64,000 nt of DNA from the IMG/VR virus record IMGVR_UViG_2531839010_000002, positions 1 to 64,000 of that record, one strand, 5' to 3'. The notes beneath the pieces were generated by a model. That model searched no databases, had not been told where the DNA came from, and saw only the letters and a program-made list of their open reading frames with translations. Of the stretch, positions 8,634-17,537 are shown piece after piece. The position numbers and the translations under genes were made by a program. Origin of the DNA: a virus. Lineage: Duplodnaviria > Caudoviricetes. How positions within the stretch are numbered: the first letter of the stretch is position 1; each line of letters starts with the position of its first letter.

Positions 8634-9982
8634 TGAGCGCGGGTAGATTACTGCTGTCGGATAAGTACAAGGCGTTCCTGCGCTGTGATGCCCCGGTGGA
8701 GTTCCTGGAGGGTACCACGGCGGCCGGCAAGACCACGGTGGGGTTATTCAAATTCATGCTAAAGGTAGCGGAATCGCCCAAAAAGCTGCACATCCTGGCT
8801 GCGGATGACACCGGCGCCGCCGAGAAGAACATCATCCAGAAGGACCTGGGCATCCTGGATGACTTCGGCGTGCTGGTGGAGTACAAAGGCAACGGCGGCG
8901 GTGGATATAACATGCCTCACATCCTATTCCACACATCCGGCGGCGATAAGATAATCTTTGTTGTCGGCTACGGCAACAAGCGCAAGTGGAAGGATGCCCT
9001 GGGCGGCCAGTACGGATGCCTGTACATTGATGAGATTAACACGGCCGACATAGAGTTTGTGCGTGAGGCCGCCATGAGAAGCGATTACCTGATGGCCACG
9101 CTCAACCCGGATGACCCGGGCCTGGATGTGTATAAGGAGTATATCAACTGTTCCAGGCCACTGCCTGAGTGGGAAGATGAAACACCAAAAGAGATAATGG
9201 ATGAATTACAGGAGGAACCAAAACCCGGTTGGGTGCATTGGTTCTTTTCTTTTGCCCATAATCTGGGCCTGTCCAAGGAGAAGTTGGACCAGATCATGAC
9301 CAACACGCCGAAGGGCACAAAGATCTGGAAAAACAAGATCCAGGGCTTGAGAGGCAAGGCAACCGGCCTGATCTTCAGCAACTTCGAGCGGTCTAAGCAT
9401 GTCATCACAGTCAAGCAGGCCAAGGCACTGAAATTCAAAAAGTTCACTGCCGCCCTGGACACATCCTACTCCTCTAAGTCCCCAGATACCATAGCTATGA
9501 TATTCCAGGGCATCACGGAGGACAGAAAGCTTGTTACCCTGGCTGAGAAGGTCTACAACAATGCCAAGCTTGACATCCCGCTTGCCCCTAGCGACACGGC
9601 GGTTAAGTTCGTGGCCTTCTTGGAGCAGTGCCGTAAGGACTGGGGATTTGCCAAGGATGTGTATATAGATAATGCGGACCAGGCGACCATTACGGAGCTG
9701 CGCAAGTACAAGCGGCTTAAGGGCTGCCTGTATAATTTTTATGACTCCTACAAGCGACCGGAGATTTTGGACCGTATCAACCTGCAGCTGGGCTGGATAC
9801 AGCAGGGCTGTTACCTGGTAGTTGATACCTGCATGGAGCATCTGTCCGAGTTGGACCGGTACAGCTGGGATGATGAGAAGGACAAGCCAGAGGACAGGAA
9901 CGACCATACCATTAATGCCAATCAGTATGCATGGATACCATACCGGAACCTGATTGGATTTGAGGAGGCTGAGAAGAAATGA
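8633..9982 (+). CDS. terL: Terminase large subunit
   Basis: GTTAAGKT Walker A variant, YIDE Walker B, ATLNP, RNase H-like ALDTSY...DRNDH. Confidence 0.92.
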   Translation: MSAGRLLLSDKYKAFLRCDAPVEFLEGTTAAGKTTVGLFKFMLKVAESPKKLHILAADDTGAAEKNIIQKDLGILDDFGVLVEYKGNGGGGYNMPHILFHTSGGDKIIFVVGYGNKRKWKDALGGQYGCLYIDEINTADIEFVREAAMRSDYLMATLNPDDPGLDVYKEYINCSRPLPEWEDETPKEIMDELQEEPKPGWVHWFFSFAHNLGLSKEKLDQIMTNTPKGTKIWKNKIQGLRGKATGLIFSNFERSKHVITVKQAKALKFKKFTAALDTSYSSKSPDTIAMIFQGITEDRKLVTLAEKVYNNAKLDIPLAPSDTAVKFVAFLEQCRKDWGFAKDVYIDNADQATITELRKYKRLKGCLYNFYDSYKRPEILDRINLQLGWIQQGCYLVVDTCMEHLSELDRYSWDDEKDKPEDRNDHTINANQYAWIPYRNLIGFEEAEKK

Positions 9983-11571
9983 GGTGGCTGAACAACATGA
10001 ATGAGACAATTAAGCGTGGCATTCGTACCTGGCTGAATGTGGTGCCGGCCAGCGGGAACTGCATCCAGATTAACGAGGTCCTGGACTTCGAGGCTAATGC
10101 CATCCGGAACCGGATTTGGTACCGCGGGGATGGCAATGAGCTGGAACAGATGTACCAGCAGGCTCCCGAGTACGCTGACAAATACAAATTCTGGGCCAGC
10201 AGGTGCACTCCGGGTATGGAGATGCGCAAGATACATACCGGTCTGCCTGGGCTGATTATCCGCATCCTCTCAGGCATTGTCCTGGATGATATGAATGACT
10301 TTGACTTTGCGGATAATGACCGGCAGCGGCAACTGTGGGAGGACATTGCAAAAGATAATAAGTTCACTCGTAAAATGGAGAAGGCTTTAAAGGAGGTCCT
10401 ATACATCGGGGATGGAGCCTTTAAGGTCACGATTGATACGACTGTCAGCGAGTACCCTATTCTGGAATGGTATCCAGGGGAACGCATTGAGATTGCCCGG
10501 AACCGGGACCGGGTGAAGGAGGTCGTGTTCAAGACGCCGTATAAGGCTGGCCATCAGCAGTATGTCCTATATGAGCATTATGGATATGGTTACATATACA
10601 ACGAGTTGTACAAGGGTGACACTTCGGTGCCCCTCAATGCTATCGACGCCACCAAGGGCATCAAGGACACGAAGTTTGATGATAATGTCATCCTGGCAGT
10701 ACCCTTGCAGGTGTATGAGTCCACCAAATATGAAGGACGCGGCGGCAGCATCTTTGATGGTAAGCTGGACAGCTTTGACGCCTTTGACGAGGCTTGGTCC
10801 CAGTGGATGGATGCCCTACGCGCTGGACGAGCCAGGACATATATTCCTGAGTGCCTGATACCGCACGACCCAGCGACCGGGCAGATTATTCGCCCCAATT
10901 CTTTTGATAATCAGTATTTTGCCTCTGATAACGACATGTCAGAAAGTGCGGATAACAAGGTCAACGTGGTGCAGCCGGCAATACCCCATGACAGTTATCT
11001 TGCATCTTACTGTACAGCTCTGGACCTTTGTCTGCAGGGGGTCATAAGTCCCAGCACTTTGGGCATTGATGTCAAGAAGCTGGATAATGCTGAGGCTCAG
11101 CGTGAGAAAGAAAAAGCTACCCTGTATACCCGGAACGCTATCGTGGAGGCGCTGCAGGAAACCCTGCCTGAGCTGGTGGGGGCAACCATCAACGCATATA
11201 ACTTCCTGCATGGAAAGGCTGCGGAGGAGGTCAAGGTAGACATCCCATTTGGAGAGTATGCAAACCCATCCTTTGAGAGCCAGGTGGAGACCCTGGCTAA
11301 GGCAAGGCCGGGTGTCCCTATGATGAGCATTGAGGCCCAGGTAGAAGAGCTGTATGGGGACAGCAAGGATGATGCATGGAAACAAGAGGAGATAGCGCGG
11401 CTGAAGGCAGAGCAGGGCATTGCGGAAGTGGAGGAACCCGGAATCAGTACGTCTGCCGGTGGCTTCCAACTGAACATGGAGGGAGGAAAGGCAGATGAAG
11501 GTCAAGGTAATGAACCGCCTGTACCAGATGAACCAGAAGGAGTACCAGGGGCTGCTGCAGGTGGCAAGTGA
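9979..11571 (+). CDS. Portal protein (SPP1 gp6-like)
   Basis: 530 aa after terL; A118/SPP1-type sequence (DALRAGR...YIPE, GVISPSTLGID). Confidence 0.88.
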   Translation: MRWLNNMNETIKRGIRTWLNVVPASGNCIQINEVLDFEANAIRNRIWYRGDGNELEQMYQQAPEYADKYKFWASRCTPGMEMRKIHTGLPGLIIRILSGIVLDDMNDFDFADNDRQRQLWEDIAKDNKFTRKMEKALKEVLYIGDGAFKVTIDTTVSEYPILEWYPGERIEIARNRDRVKEVVFKTPYKAGHQQYVLYEHYGYGYIYNELYKGDTSVPLNAIDATKGIKDTKFDDNVILAVPLQVYESTKYEGRGGSIFDGKLDSFDAFDEAWSQWMDALRAGRARTYIPECLIPHDPATGQIIRPNSFDNQYFASDNDMSESADNKVNVVQPAIPHDSYLASYCTALDLCLQGVISPSTLGIDVKKLDNAEAQREKEKATLYTRNAIVEALQETLPELVGATINAYNFLHGKAAEEVKVDIPFGEYANPSFESQVETLAKARPGVPMMSIEAQVEELYGDSKDDAWKQEEIARLKAEQGIAEVEEPGISTSAGGFQLNMEGGKADEGQGNEPPVPDEPEGVPGAAAGGK

Positions 11572-11773
11572 TCAGGTGCCATTCGGGATATACGCCATTG
11601 AGAAGCAGGGATATGCAGAGCTGCGCTGTGATAAGTGTAGCAGCGTCACACAGCTTAAGAGTCTGACACGACAATTTAAGGCCCAGGGATACAGAGTGTA
11701 TTCCAACAAAGGTGGTCAACTGATGGAAAGTGGCACCCTGGGTGCGGAAGGGGCGCTGATGAGTGCAACATAA
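11495..11773 (+). CDS. Small phage protein overlapping the portal 3' end
   Basis: Strong SD GGAGGGAGGAAAGG before ATG 11495; 92 aa; overlaps the portal gene by 77 nt and the next gene by 11 nt. Confidence 0.65.
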   Translation: MKVKVMNRLYQMNQKEYQGLLQVASDQVPFGIYAIEKQGYAELRCDKCSSVTQLKSLTRQFKAQGYRVYSNKGGQLMESGTLGAEGALMSAT

Positions 11774-13358
11774 TGAGTATAATATCGGTGCCGCCTTCCA
11801 GGCCATAGAGGATGAGCTTATCAAATGCATGATTCGCAACATGGACAGGCATCGGGCCGAGGAGACCAAGGAAGGTATTGAGTGGTCCATGTGGCAAACG
11901 GAACAGCTGAAAGCCCTGGAGAGGTACAAAAAGGACAACCAGAAGCGGTATGGAAAGCAATTTCGGAACCTAAACAAGGAAATGGGTGAGCTTATCCAGA
12001 TTGCCCGGCAGAAGGGGAACATGCAGCAGGAAATACAAATTCTGAACGCGATCCGGAATGGGTTCCCGGCAAAGAAAGTCAGCCAGGGAGCCACGGCAGA
12101 GTTCTTCCGGATGAATGACCGGAAGTTAGAGGCACTAATTCAGGCCACGACCAATGATATGCAGCGAGCTGAAACGGCAGTCCTCAGGATGGCTAATGAT
12201 GATTACCGGAAGGCCATTTTCAACGCCCAGGTATATGCCAATTCAGGCGCCGGCACCTATGAGAAGGCTGTGGACATGGCCACCAAGGACCTGCTTTCCC
12301 GCGGGTTGAACTGTGTGGAGTATGCCAATGGTGCCCGTCATACCCTGGCAGATTATGCAGACATGGCCATCCGGACGGCATCCAAGCGGGCCTACCTGCA
12401 GGGTGAAGGAGAGAAGCGGCAGGAATGGGGGATTACCACGGTTATCATGGCTAAGCGCGGGAATCCGTGCCCTAAGTGCCTGCCCTTTGTCGGTAAAGTC
12501 CTGATTGACGACGTCTGGTCCGGCGGAAAGAAATCCGATGGGCCGTATCCCCTCATGAGTAAGGCCATAGCATCTGGACTGTATCACCCCAGATGCAAGG
12601 ACAGCCATACAACCTATTTCCCTGGCATCTCCACGGCGGACGATACCTGGACTGAGAAGGAACTGGAGGCGGTTGGTCAGGCCAATAAGCAGGAGGCCGG
12701 GCAGCAGTATGTATCAAGGCAGGCGGAAAAGTATGGGAGGCTGGCAGAACACTCATTATCTCCTGAAAACAAGACTATGTATACGGCAAAAGAAAAAGAC
12801 TGGAAACGAAGGCTTGCCAAGTATCAGGACTCTGGTATAATTAAAACAGAGGGGTGGTCGGATGATGCAATTGAAAGACGTAGGCTTGACGAGGCTTCCA
12901 TTGCTGGACATAAAAATGAATATGGGATATTGTACGATTCCCAAGGAAAGCGTATCCTAAAGAAACGCGGAGAAAAAGACAGGATTGTGTATACCGATGA
13001 AGAGACAGCGCTAATGTTAGGTGGTGTGTTAACCCACAATCATCCAAGTGGAGCTACCTTTTCAGTGGATGATATTGATATGATGGGCAGAACTGGTGTC
13101 ACAGAGTTGCGTGCCATTGGTCGTGATGGGGTGTATGTCATAAGACAGCCTGCGGAATGGCCGGAAGGAATCAATTCCTTTGAAAAGTTGGAAAAAGAAT
13201 ATTCTGAGATCCAGTTATCGTTACAGAATGAAATGTATGAAGAGGTATTGTCTGGTCGGATTACAACAGATAATGACTACTCAATTGAATATCAGAGACG
13301 CATCCTAGATAAACTGACATCAAAGTATGGTTTTACATATTTTATGGAGGAAAAATGA
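11763..13358 (+). CDS. MuF-type minor capsid protein (phage minor capsid 2) with C-terminal JAB/MPN-like domain
   Basis: N-terminal ~350 aa with CPKCLPFVGKV and YHPRCKDSHTTYFPG MuF motifs; AT-richer C-terminal part with E...THNHPSGATFSVDD. Confidence 0.85.
   Translation: MQHNEYNIGAAFQAIEDELIKCMIRNMDRHRAEETKEGIEWSMWQTEQLKALERYKKDNQKRYGKQFRNLNKEMGELIQIARQKGNMQQEIQILNAIRNGFPAKKVSQGATAEFFRMNDRKLEALIQATTNDMQRAETAVLRMANDDYRKAIFNAQVYANSGAGTYEKAVDMATKDLLSRGLNCVEYANGARHTLADYADMAIRTASKRAYLQGEGEKRQEWGITTVIMAKRGNPCPKCLPFVGKVLIDDVWSGGKKSDGPYPLMSKAIASGLYHPRCKDSHTTYFPGISTADDTWTEKELEAVGQANKQEAGQQYVSRQAEKYGRLAEHSLSPENKTMYTAKEKDWKRRLAKYQDSGIIKTEGWSDDAIERRRLDEASIAGHKNEYGILYDSQGKRILKKRGEKDRIVYTDEETALMLGGVLTHNHPSGATFSVDDIDMMGRTGVTELRAIGRDGVYVIRQPAEWPEGINSFEKLEKEYSEIQLSLQNEMYEEVLSGRITTDNDYSIEYQRRILDKLTSKYGFTYFMEEK
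12814..12841 (+). promoter_or_regulatory. Internal sigmaA-type promoter at the MuF/C-terminal-domain junction
   Basis: TTGCCA-16 bp-TATAAT with extended -10 TG (ctggTATAAT). Confidence 0.6.
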
Positions 13359-13519
13359 AAGAAAAGCATATAGTAAGTTTTCGGGACGTTGATCGTCCAA
13401 TCGGCGAGTATCCAAAAGGGACGTTTTTTGCTCAGGATCATGATGATATTGTGATTCCGATGCCGACAAAAGAAGAGCTGGAAGAATATAAAAAGAAACA
13501 TGATACCACCAGTCAGTAA
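13355..13519 (+). CDS. 54-aa micro-ORF coupled to the MuF-JAB gene (candidate immunity/partner)
   Basis: ATGA overlap, SD GGAGG; MKEKHIVSFRDVDRPIGEYPKGTFFAQDHDDIVIPMPTKEELEEYKKKHDTTSQ; below the ORF-track cutoff. Confidence 0.7.
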   Translation: MKEKHIVSFRDVDRPIGEYPKGTFFAQDHDDIVIPMPTKEELEEYKKKHDTTSQ

Positions 13520-13538
13520 TGGCCGGTGGTATTTTATT
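13503..13538 (+). terminator. Intrinsic terminator after the micro-ORF
   Basis: ATACCACC...GGTGGTAT stem followed by TTTATTT. Confidence 0.6.
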
Positions 13539-13540
13539 TG

Positions 13541-13954
13541 TTGCGATATCGCAACGGAAAGAGAGGATAAGAATGAAATACAGAAAGAAACCAGTGGTAA
13601 TTGAGGCTTTTCAATGGACAGGAGGACCAGAGCAGGAGGATGACCCTGAATGGATTATCGAGGCTATCAAAAGCAAGGTGGCGTGGTTTGAAAATGCAGG
13701 GACGCCGGATGTAAAATTCATGATTCAGACTCTGGAAGGTGTACATGAGGCCAGTGTGGGGGATTATATTATCCGTGGTATAGCAGGAGAGATATATCCG
13801 TGTAAGCCGGATATCTTCCTTGCAACTTACGAGCCGGCTGTGACGAAAGTTTCCATGGATGTTACGGAACATCTGGATGAAGATGAAATCATTAATGCTG
13901 TAACAAAAAACATGAAACGGACAGGTTATAATTTGCGATATCGCAACGGAAAGA
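13541..13954. repeat. 22-bp direct repeat TTGCGATATCGCAACGGAAAGA (13541-13562, 13933-13954) flanking one gene; contains a palindrome
   Basis: Exact copies read in the sequence, each followed by an SD (GAGG/AGGTGG) and a start codon. Confidence 0.9.
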
Positions 13955-13968
13955 AGGTGGAGATATGA
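13573..13968 (+). CDS. Conserved phage hypothetical protein (MKYRKKPVVIEA...TLEG...GDYII...YPCKPDIF family)
   Basis: Recognisable widespread phage family of unknown function; ATG 13573 after GAGAGG. Confidence 0.8.
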   Translation: MKYRKKPVVIEAFQWTGGPEQEDDPEWIIEAIKSKVAWFENAGTPDVKFMIQTLEGVHEASVGDYIIRGIAGEIYPCKPDIFLATYEPAVTKVSMDVTEHLDEDEIINAVTKNMKRTGYNLRYRNGKKVEI

Positions 13969-14042
13969 CCCCGGCAGTACAGATTACGGCAATTATATGC
14001 CTGACACTTATTATATTGTGTTGGAATGGAAAGAAGAAATGA
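13965..14042 (+). CDS. 25-aa single-TM peptide MTPAVQITAIICLTLIILCWNGKKK
   Basis: SD AGGTGG, ATGA overlap, hydrophobic core with basic tail. Confidence 0.55.
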   Translation: MTPAVQITAIICLTLIILCWNGKKK

Positions 14043-14046
14043 GTGA

Positions 14047-14078
14047 AGCACGCGGGACTATCCCGGGTGTTATTTTTA
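14047..14078 (+). terminator. Intrinsic terminator-like hairpin
   Basis: CAC-GCGGGA-cta-TCCCG-G-GTG then TTATTTTT. Confidence 0.55.
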
Positions 14079-14182
14079 CGCCCAAACACGAGCATGGCTT
14101 AAAACTGCTGCGTGGCCAGCGACACTGATGACAATGGATGCAATAAAAATTACAGGGTGACACCCTTAAAATGGAGGTATGG

Positions 14183-14797
14183 ATGATGAAACGTATGAAC
14201 TTACAGTTATTTGCTGAGCCCGCAGGTGGAGCAGAGCCGCCGGCAGGAGGTCAGAATCAGCAGCAGACACAAACTCAAACAGGACAGCAGGCATCCCCCG
14301 CAATTGATTATGCTAAAATCCAGCAAATGCTGGAAGGAACTCTGGCCGCTAAGGAGGACACGGCCTTGAAAGCCTACTTCAAGCAGCAGGGGCTCAGCCA
14401 GGAAGAAATGGAACAGGCAATTGCCACATTTAAGCAGCAGAAGGCGGCCCAGCAGCCAGATGTAGGTGCAATCCAGCAGCAGCTCACCCAGGCTCAGGCA
14501 GTGGCTCAGAAGGCCATGATTGACAGTGCAGCCACCATGGCGGCAGTATCACTGGGGATTGATGCCAAAACAATTCCATATGTCCTTAAGATGGCCGACT
14601 TAAGTCAGGTCATGGGGCAGGATGGGAAAATCAACGATGAGGCGCTTAAAGCGGCTCTGGACAAGGTACTTGAGGACGTGCCGGCGCTGAAACCCCAGGC
14701 ATCAGGCTCCACCGGGTTCATCCAGGTGGGAGCTGCCAGTGGGCAACAGCAGACGCAGGCGACAGACGACGCCCTTAAAAAGGCGTTCGGACTTTAA
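14183..14797 (+). CDS. Head scaffolding protein
   Basis: Q/A-rich coiled coil directly before the capsid gene; N-terminal MKRMNLQLFAE motif. Confidence 0.85.
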   Translation: MMKRMNLQLFAEPAGGAEPPAGGQNQQQTQTQTGQQASPAIDYAKIQQMLEGTLAAKEDTALKAYFKQQGLSQEEMEQAIATFKQQKAAQQPDVGAIQQQLTQAQAVAQKAMIDSAATMAAVSLGIDAKTIPYVLKMADLSQVMGQDGKINDEALKAALDKVLEDVPALKPQASGSTGFIQVGAASGQQQTQATDDALKKAFGL

Positions 14798-14816
14798 TGA
14801 AAGAGAGGATTAAGAA

Positions 14817-15710
14817 ATGGCAGTATATGATTATGCAACAACCTTTACACAGCTGCTCCAGCAGAAGTACGCAAAGGAATTATGCTCGGATGCTTTAACA
14901 CAGAGTAACCAGCAGGTGAAGTTCATCAATGCCCAGACTATCAAACTTCCAAGGATGGCAGTGACTGGGTATAAGGACCATACCAGGACACCGGGATTCA
15001 ATGTAGGCACCCTGAGTAATGACTGGGAGGCAAAGAAGCTGGAACACGACAGGGATGTGGAGTTCTGGATTGACCCCATGGACATTGACGAAACAAACCT
15101 GACCTTATCCGTGGCAAACATACAGAACACGTTTGAGACCGAACAGGCTATCCCGGAAAAAGATTCCTACCGCTATTCTAAACTTCATGCAGAGCTGACC
15201 ACCTATTCAGGCCGTATTAGTACTGATGTGATTACGGCAGCCAATTTCTTGGAAGCATTTGACGAGGAAATGGCGAGGATGGACGAGGCCGGTGTTCCGG
15301 AGGAGGGGAGGATGCTGTATGTTACCCCAACCATGAATAAGATTGTGAAGGAGGCAGAAGGACTCCAGAGGGTTATGACCGTCGCATCCCCGTCCACAAT
15401 CAACCGTAAGGTACATAGCTTGGATGATGTGACCATAAAGATGGTTCCGGCAGCCAGGATGAAGACGAAGTATGACTTTACAACCGGCTGTGTAGCTTCC
15501 GCTGACGCCAAGCAGATTAACTGGATTCTGATTCACACATCCTGTGTGGTCTGCCGCGACAAATACAGCTACATCAAGCTGTTCACCCCAGGAACGGATT
15601 CAAGAACGGCGGACGGATATTTGTATCAGAACCGTTGCTATGGCGACCTGTTCCTTCTGGAAAAGAAGGTGGAGGGATGTGCCATGAACGTAGAGGCAGC
15701 CGGAGCGTAA
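14817..15710 (+). CDS. Major capsid protein
   Basis: 297 aa; TIKLPRMAVTGYKDHTR...LEHDRDVEFWIDPMDIDET...PEKDSYRYSKL; position after scaffold. Confidence 0.9.
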   Translation: MAVYDYATTFTQLLQQKYAKELCSDALTQSNQQVKFINAQTIKLPRMAVTGYKDHTRTPGFNVGTLSNDWEAKKLEHDRDVEFWIDPMDIDETNLTLSVANIQNTFETEQAIPEKDSYRYSKLHAELTTYSGRISTDVITAANFLEAFDEEMARMDEAGVPEEGRMLYVTPTMNKIVKEAEGLQRVMTVASPSTINRKVHSLDDVTIKMVPAARMKTKYDFTTGCVASADAKQINWILIHTSCVVCRDKYSYIKLFTPGTDSRTADGYLYQNRCYGDLFLLEKKVEGCAMNVEAAGA

Positions 15711-15719
15711 GGAGGTAGT

Positions 15720-16013
15720 ATGAGAGCAGTTAAGGGAAATAAAGAGTACACCATTGGTGAAAGCCAGCAGAAGTCCTATCAGGATGCTGGTTTTGATATT
15801 GTGGGTGATGACGGCCGGGTGACTGCGTATGGACGCGGAAAGACAGTGCCTTATGATGAATACATGAAGGCGGTTAAAGAGATTGAGCATCTGCAGAACA
15901 TAGCGGCTGAAAGATATACTGAAAACGAAGCATTGAAAGCAGAGATTGCAGCCCTCCAGGCCCCAAAGCAGGAACCGGCAAAGAAAGCAGAGAGTAAAAA
16001 GGCGGGTGAATGA
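15720..16013 (+). CDS. Hypothetical head-associated protein
   Basis: 97 aa, SD AAGGAGG, syntenic position. Confidence 0.7.
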   Translation: MRAVKGNKEYTIGESQQKSYQDAGFDIVGDDGRVTAYGRGKTVPYDEYMKAVKEIEHLQNIAAERYTENEALKAEIAALQAPKQEPAKKAESKKAGE

Positions 16014-16014
16014 C

Positions 16015-16401
16015 ATGCCCTATGAACCCTATGTCACCTATGAGTACTACTGTGACGCATACAAGGGGGATGTTATCCCTATGGACGAACTGGACAAGGC
16101 CCTTAAGCAGGCCAGCCGCCACGTTGATTCCCTGACCTACAACCGTATTGTGGGCCGGGGATTTTCTAATCTGACAGCCTTCCAGCAGGATGTTATCCAA
16201 GAAGTGGTCTGCCAGCAGGCGGACTTTGAATGGGAAAACGCAGACGAGATTAACACCATCCTGCAGGGCTACAGCATCAACGGGGTGTCGGCACAGTTTG
16301 GCAGCAGCTGGAACGTATTTACGGATAAGGGCGTGGCTATGAAGCGGGATGTGTATGCTCTGCTGTCCCAGGCAGGCCTGTGCTGCCGGTTAGCGAGGTG
16401 A
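16015..16401 (+). CDS. Head-tail connector protein
   Basis: YVTYEYY...KQASRHVDSLTYNRI...VCQQADF...YSINGVS motif, synteny. Confidence 0.75.
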   Translation: MPYEPYVTYEYYCDAYKGDVIPMDELDKALKQASRHVDSLTYNRIVGRGFSNLTAFQQDVIQEVVCQQADFEWENADEINTILQGYSINGVSAQFGSSWNVFTDKGVAMKRDVYALLSQAGLCCRLAR

Positions 16402-16404
16402 ACC

Positions 16405-16743
16405 ATGAAATATCCATGCTTAGTTCCAAAACGGCTATGTAAGACAGATATACATGTCCATCTGGAGTCGGAGGACACGGATAACCATGGTCAGCCGGAG
16501 AAGGCGCTGGACCTGGAATTGAAATGTAATTTCCAGGACAGAGCTAAGACCATTCTTACCGCGGAAAAGAAGCTGGTGCAAATAACCGGTACGGCCCTGT
16601 TTCCTGGGGACATTGCCCCGGACTTCCCAACCTTAAGCGGGGGTACCGTTACCATATTCGGGGAAGAGCGGAGGATTGAGCAGGGGATGAAGGCCAGAAA
16701 TCCGGATGGGACGGTGAACTATTGTCAGTTAGAGGTGGTCTGA
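16405..16743 (+). CDS. Head closure/adaptor protein
   Basis: Synteny; ARNPDGTVNY C-terminus. Confidence 0.65.
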   Translation: MKYPCLVPKRLCKTDIHVHLESEDTDNHGQPEKALDLELKCNFQDRAKTILTAEKKLVQITGTALFPGDIAPDFPTLSGGTVTIFGEERRIEQGMKARNPDGTVNYCQLEVV

Positions 16744-17123
16744 TGCAGGTTAAATCAACCGTAAAGATGAATTTCCCGCGAATTAAGCAGCTTACACAGG
16801 CGGCAGTGACTGCCTTGGAGATGACAGCGGAGGCAATGCACACGGAAGTTGTCCAGGCCCAGGTGATGCCATTTGACACAGGCCACCTGGAGGAGGACAG
16901 CTTTTTTGCGGATTACAAAGAATGTGGTCAAGGGAAAGCGACGCTGGTGGTAAACACGCCCTATGCGCGGCGTCTGTATTTTCATCCGGAATACAATTTC
17001 CAGACGGATGAGAACCCGTTTGCAGGCGGTGAATGGTATGAACCGTGGCTGCCCGGCGGCGTCAGTCAGGATTTTGCAAAGAATGCATTTAAGCGATTTT
17101 ACAGGAAAGTAGGTGGTGTATGA
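16743..17123 (+). CDS. Minor capsid/neck protein (HK97 gp10-like position)
   Basis: PFDTGHLEEDS...NTPYARRLYFHPEY motif. Confidence 0.75.
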   Translation: MQVKSTVKMNFPRIKQLTQAAVTALEMTAEAMHTEVVQAQVMPFDTGHLEEDSFFADYKECGQGKATLVVNTPYARRLYFHPEYNFQTDENPFAGGEWYEPWLPGGVSQDFAKNAFKRFYRKVGGV

Positions 17124-17527
17124 TGCTGACCTTGGATGACATCCGGGGATACTTAGGAGGCCTGGGAATTACGGCTGAAAGGAATGTCTATATCGGGAAG
17201 CTGAACAGCAAGAAGGACCATTCCATTGGTGTATATCACCGGCAGGGCAGCGGTCCTCCCGTGATGGCCCTGGGCGGCCATGACTACAGCAGCTACGATG
17301 TCCGGCGCATTTCCCTGCTGGTCCATTGGGACAGGGACGTACAGGCATCAGAGCGGGCCGCCTATGAGCTGTATGAGAAAATTAAAAACGTATCCAGCCT
17401 GTCCATAGGGGATACACCCATTAATTGTATCATCCTCCAGGTACCGGAACCGGTTGACGTGGGAACGGATGAAAAGGGTGTATATGAATATGCGATACGG
17501 CTGGATTTTGTGTATCAGAGAAAGTGA
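17120..17527 (+). CDS. Tail terminator/minor capsid protein
   Basis: Synteny before the major tail gene; DVGTDEKGVYEY motif. Confidence 0.7.
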   Translation: MMLTLDDIRGYLGGLGITAERNVYIGKLNSKKDHSIGVYHRQGSGPPVMALGGHDYSSYDVRRISLLVHWDRDVQASERAAYELYEKIKNVSSLSIGDTPINCIILQVPEPVDVGTDEKGVYEYAIRLDFVYQRK

Positions 17528-17537
17528 GGAATGAGAT

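Noticed and set aside
13540-13954. CRISPR array suggested by palindromic direct repeats
   Set aside because: Only two copies ~390 bp apart with a gene between them; no regular spacers and no cas genes
14125-14165. Hammerhead ribozyme suggested by CTGATGA
   Set aside because: No stem II followed by GAAA and no matching stem III/UH site
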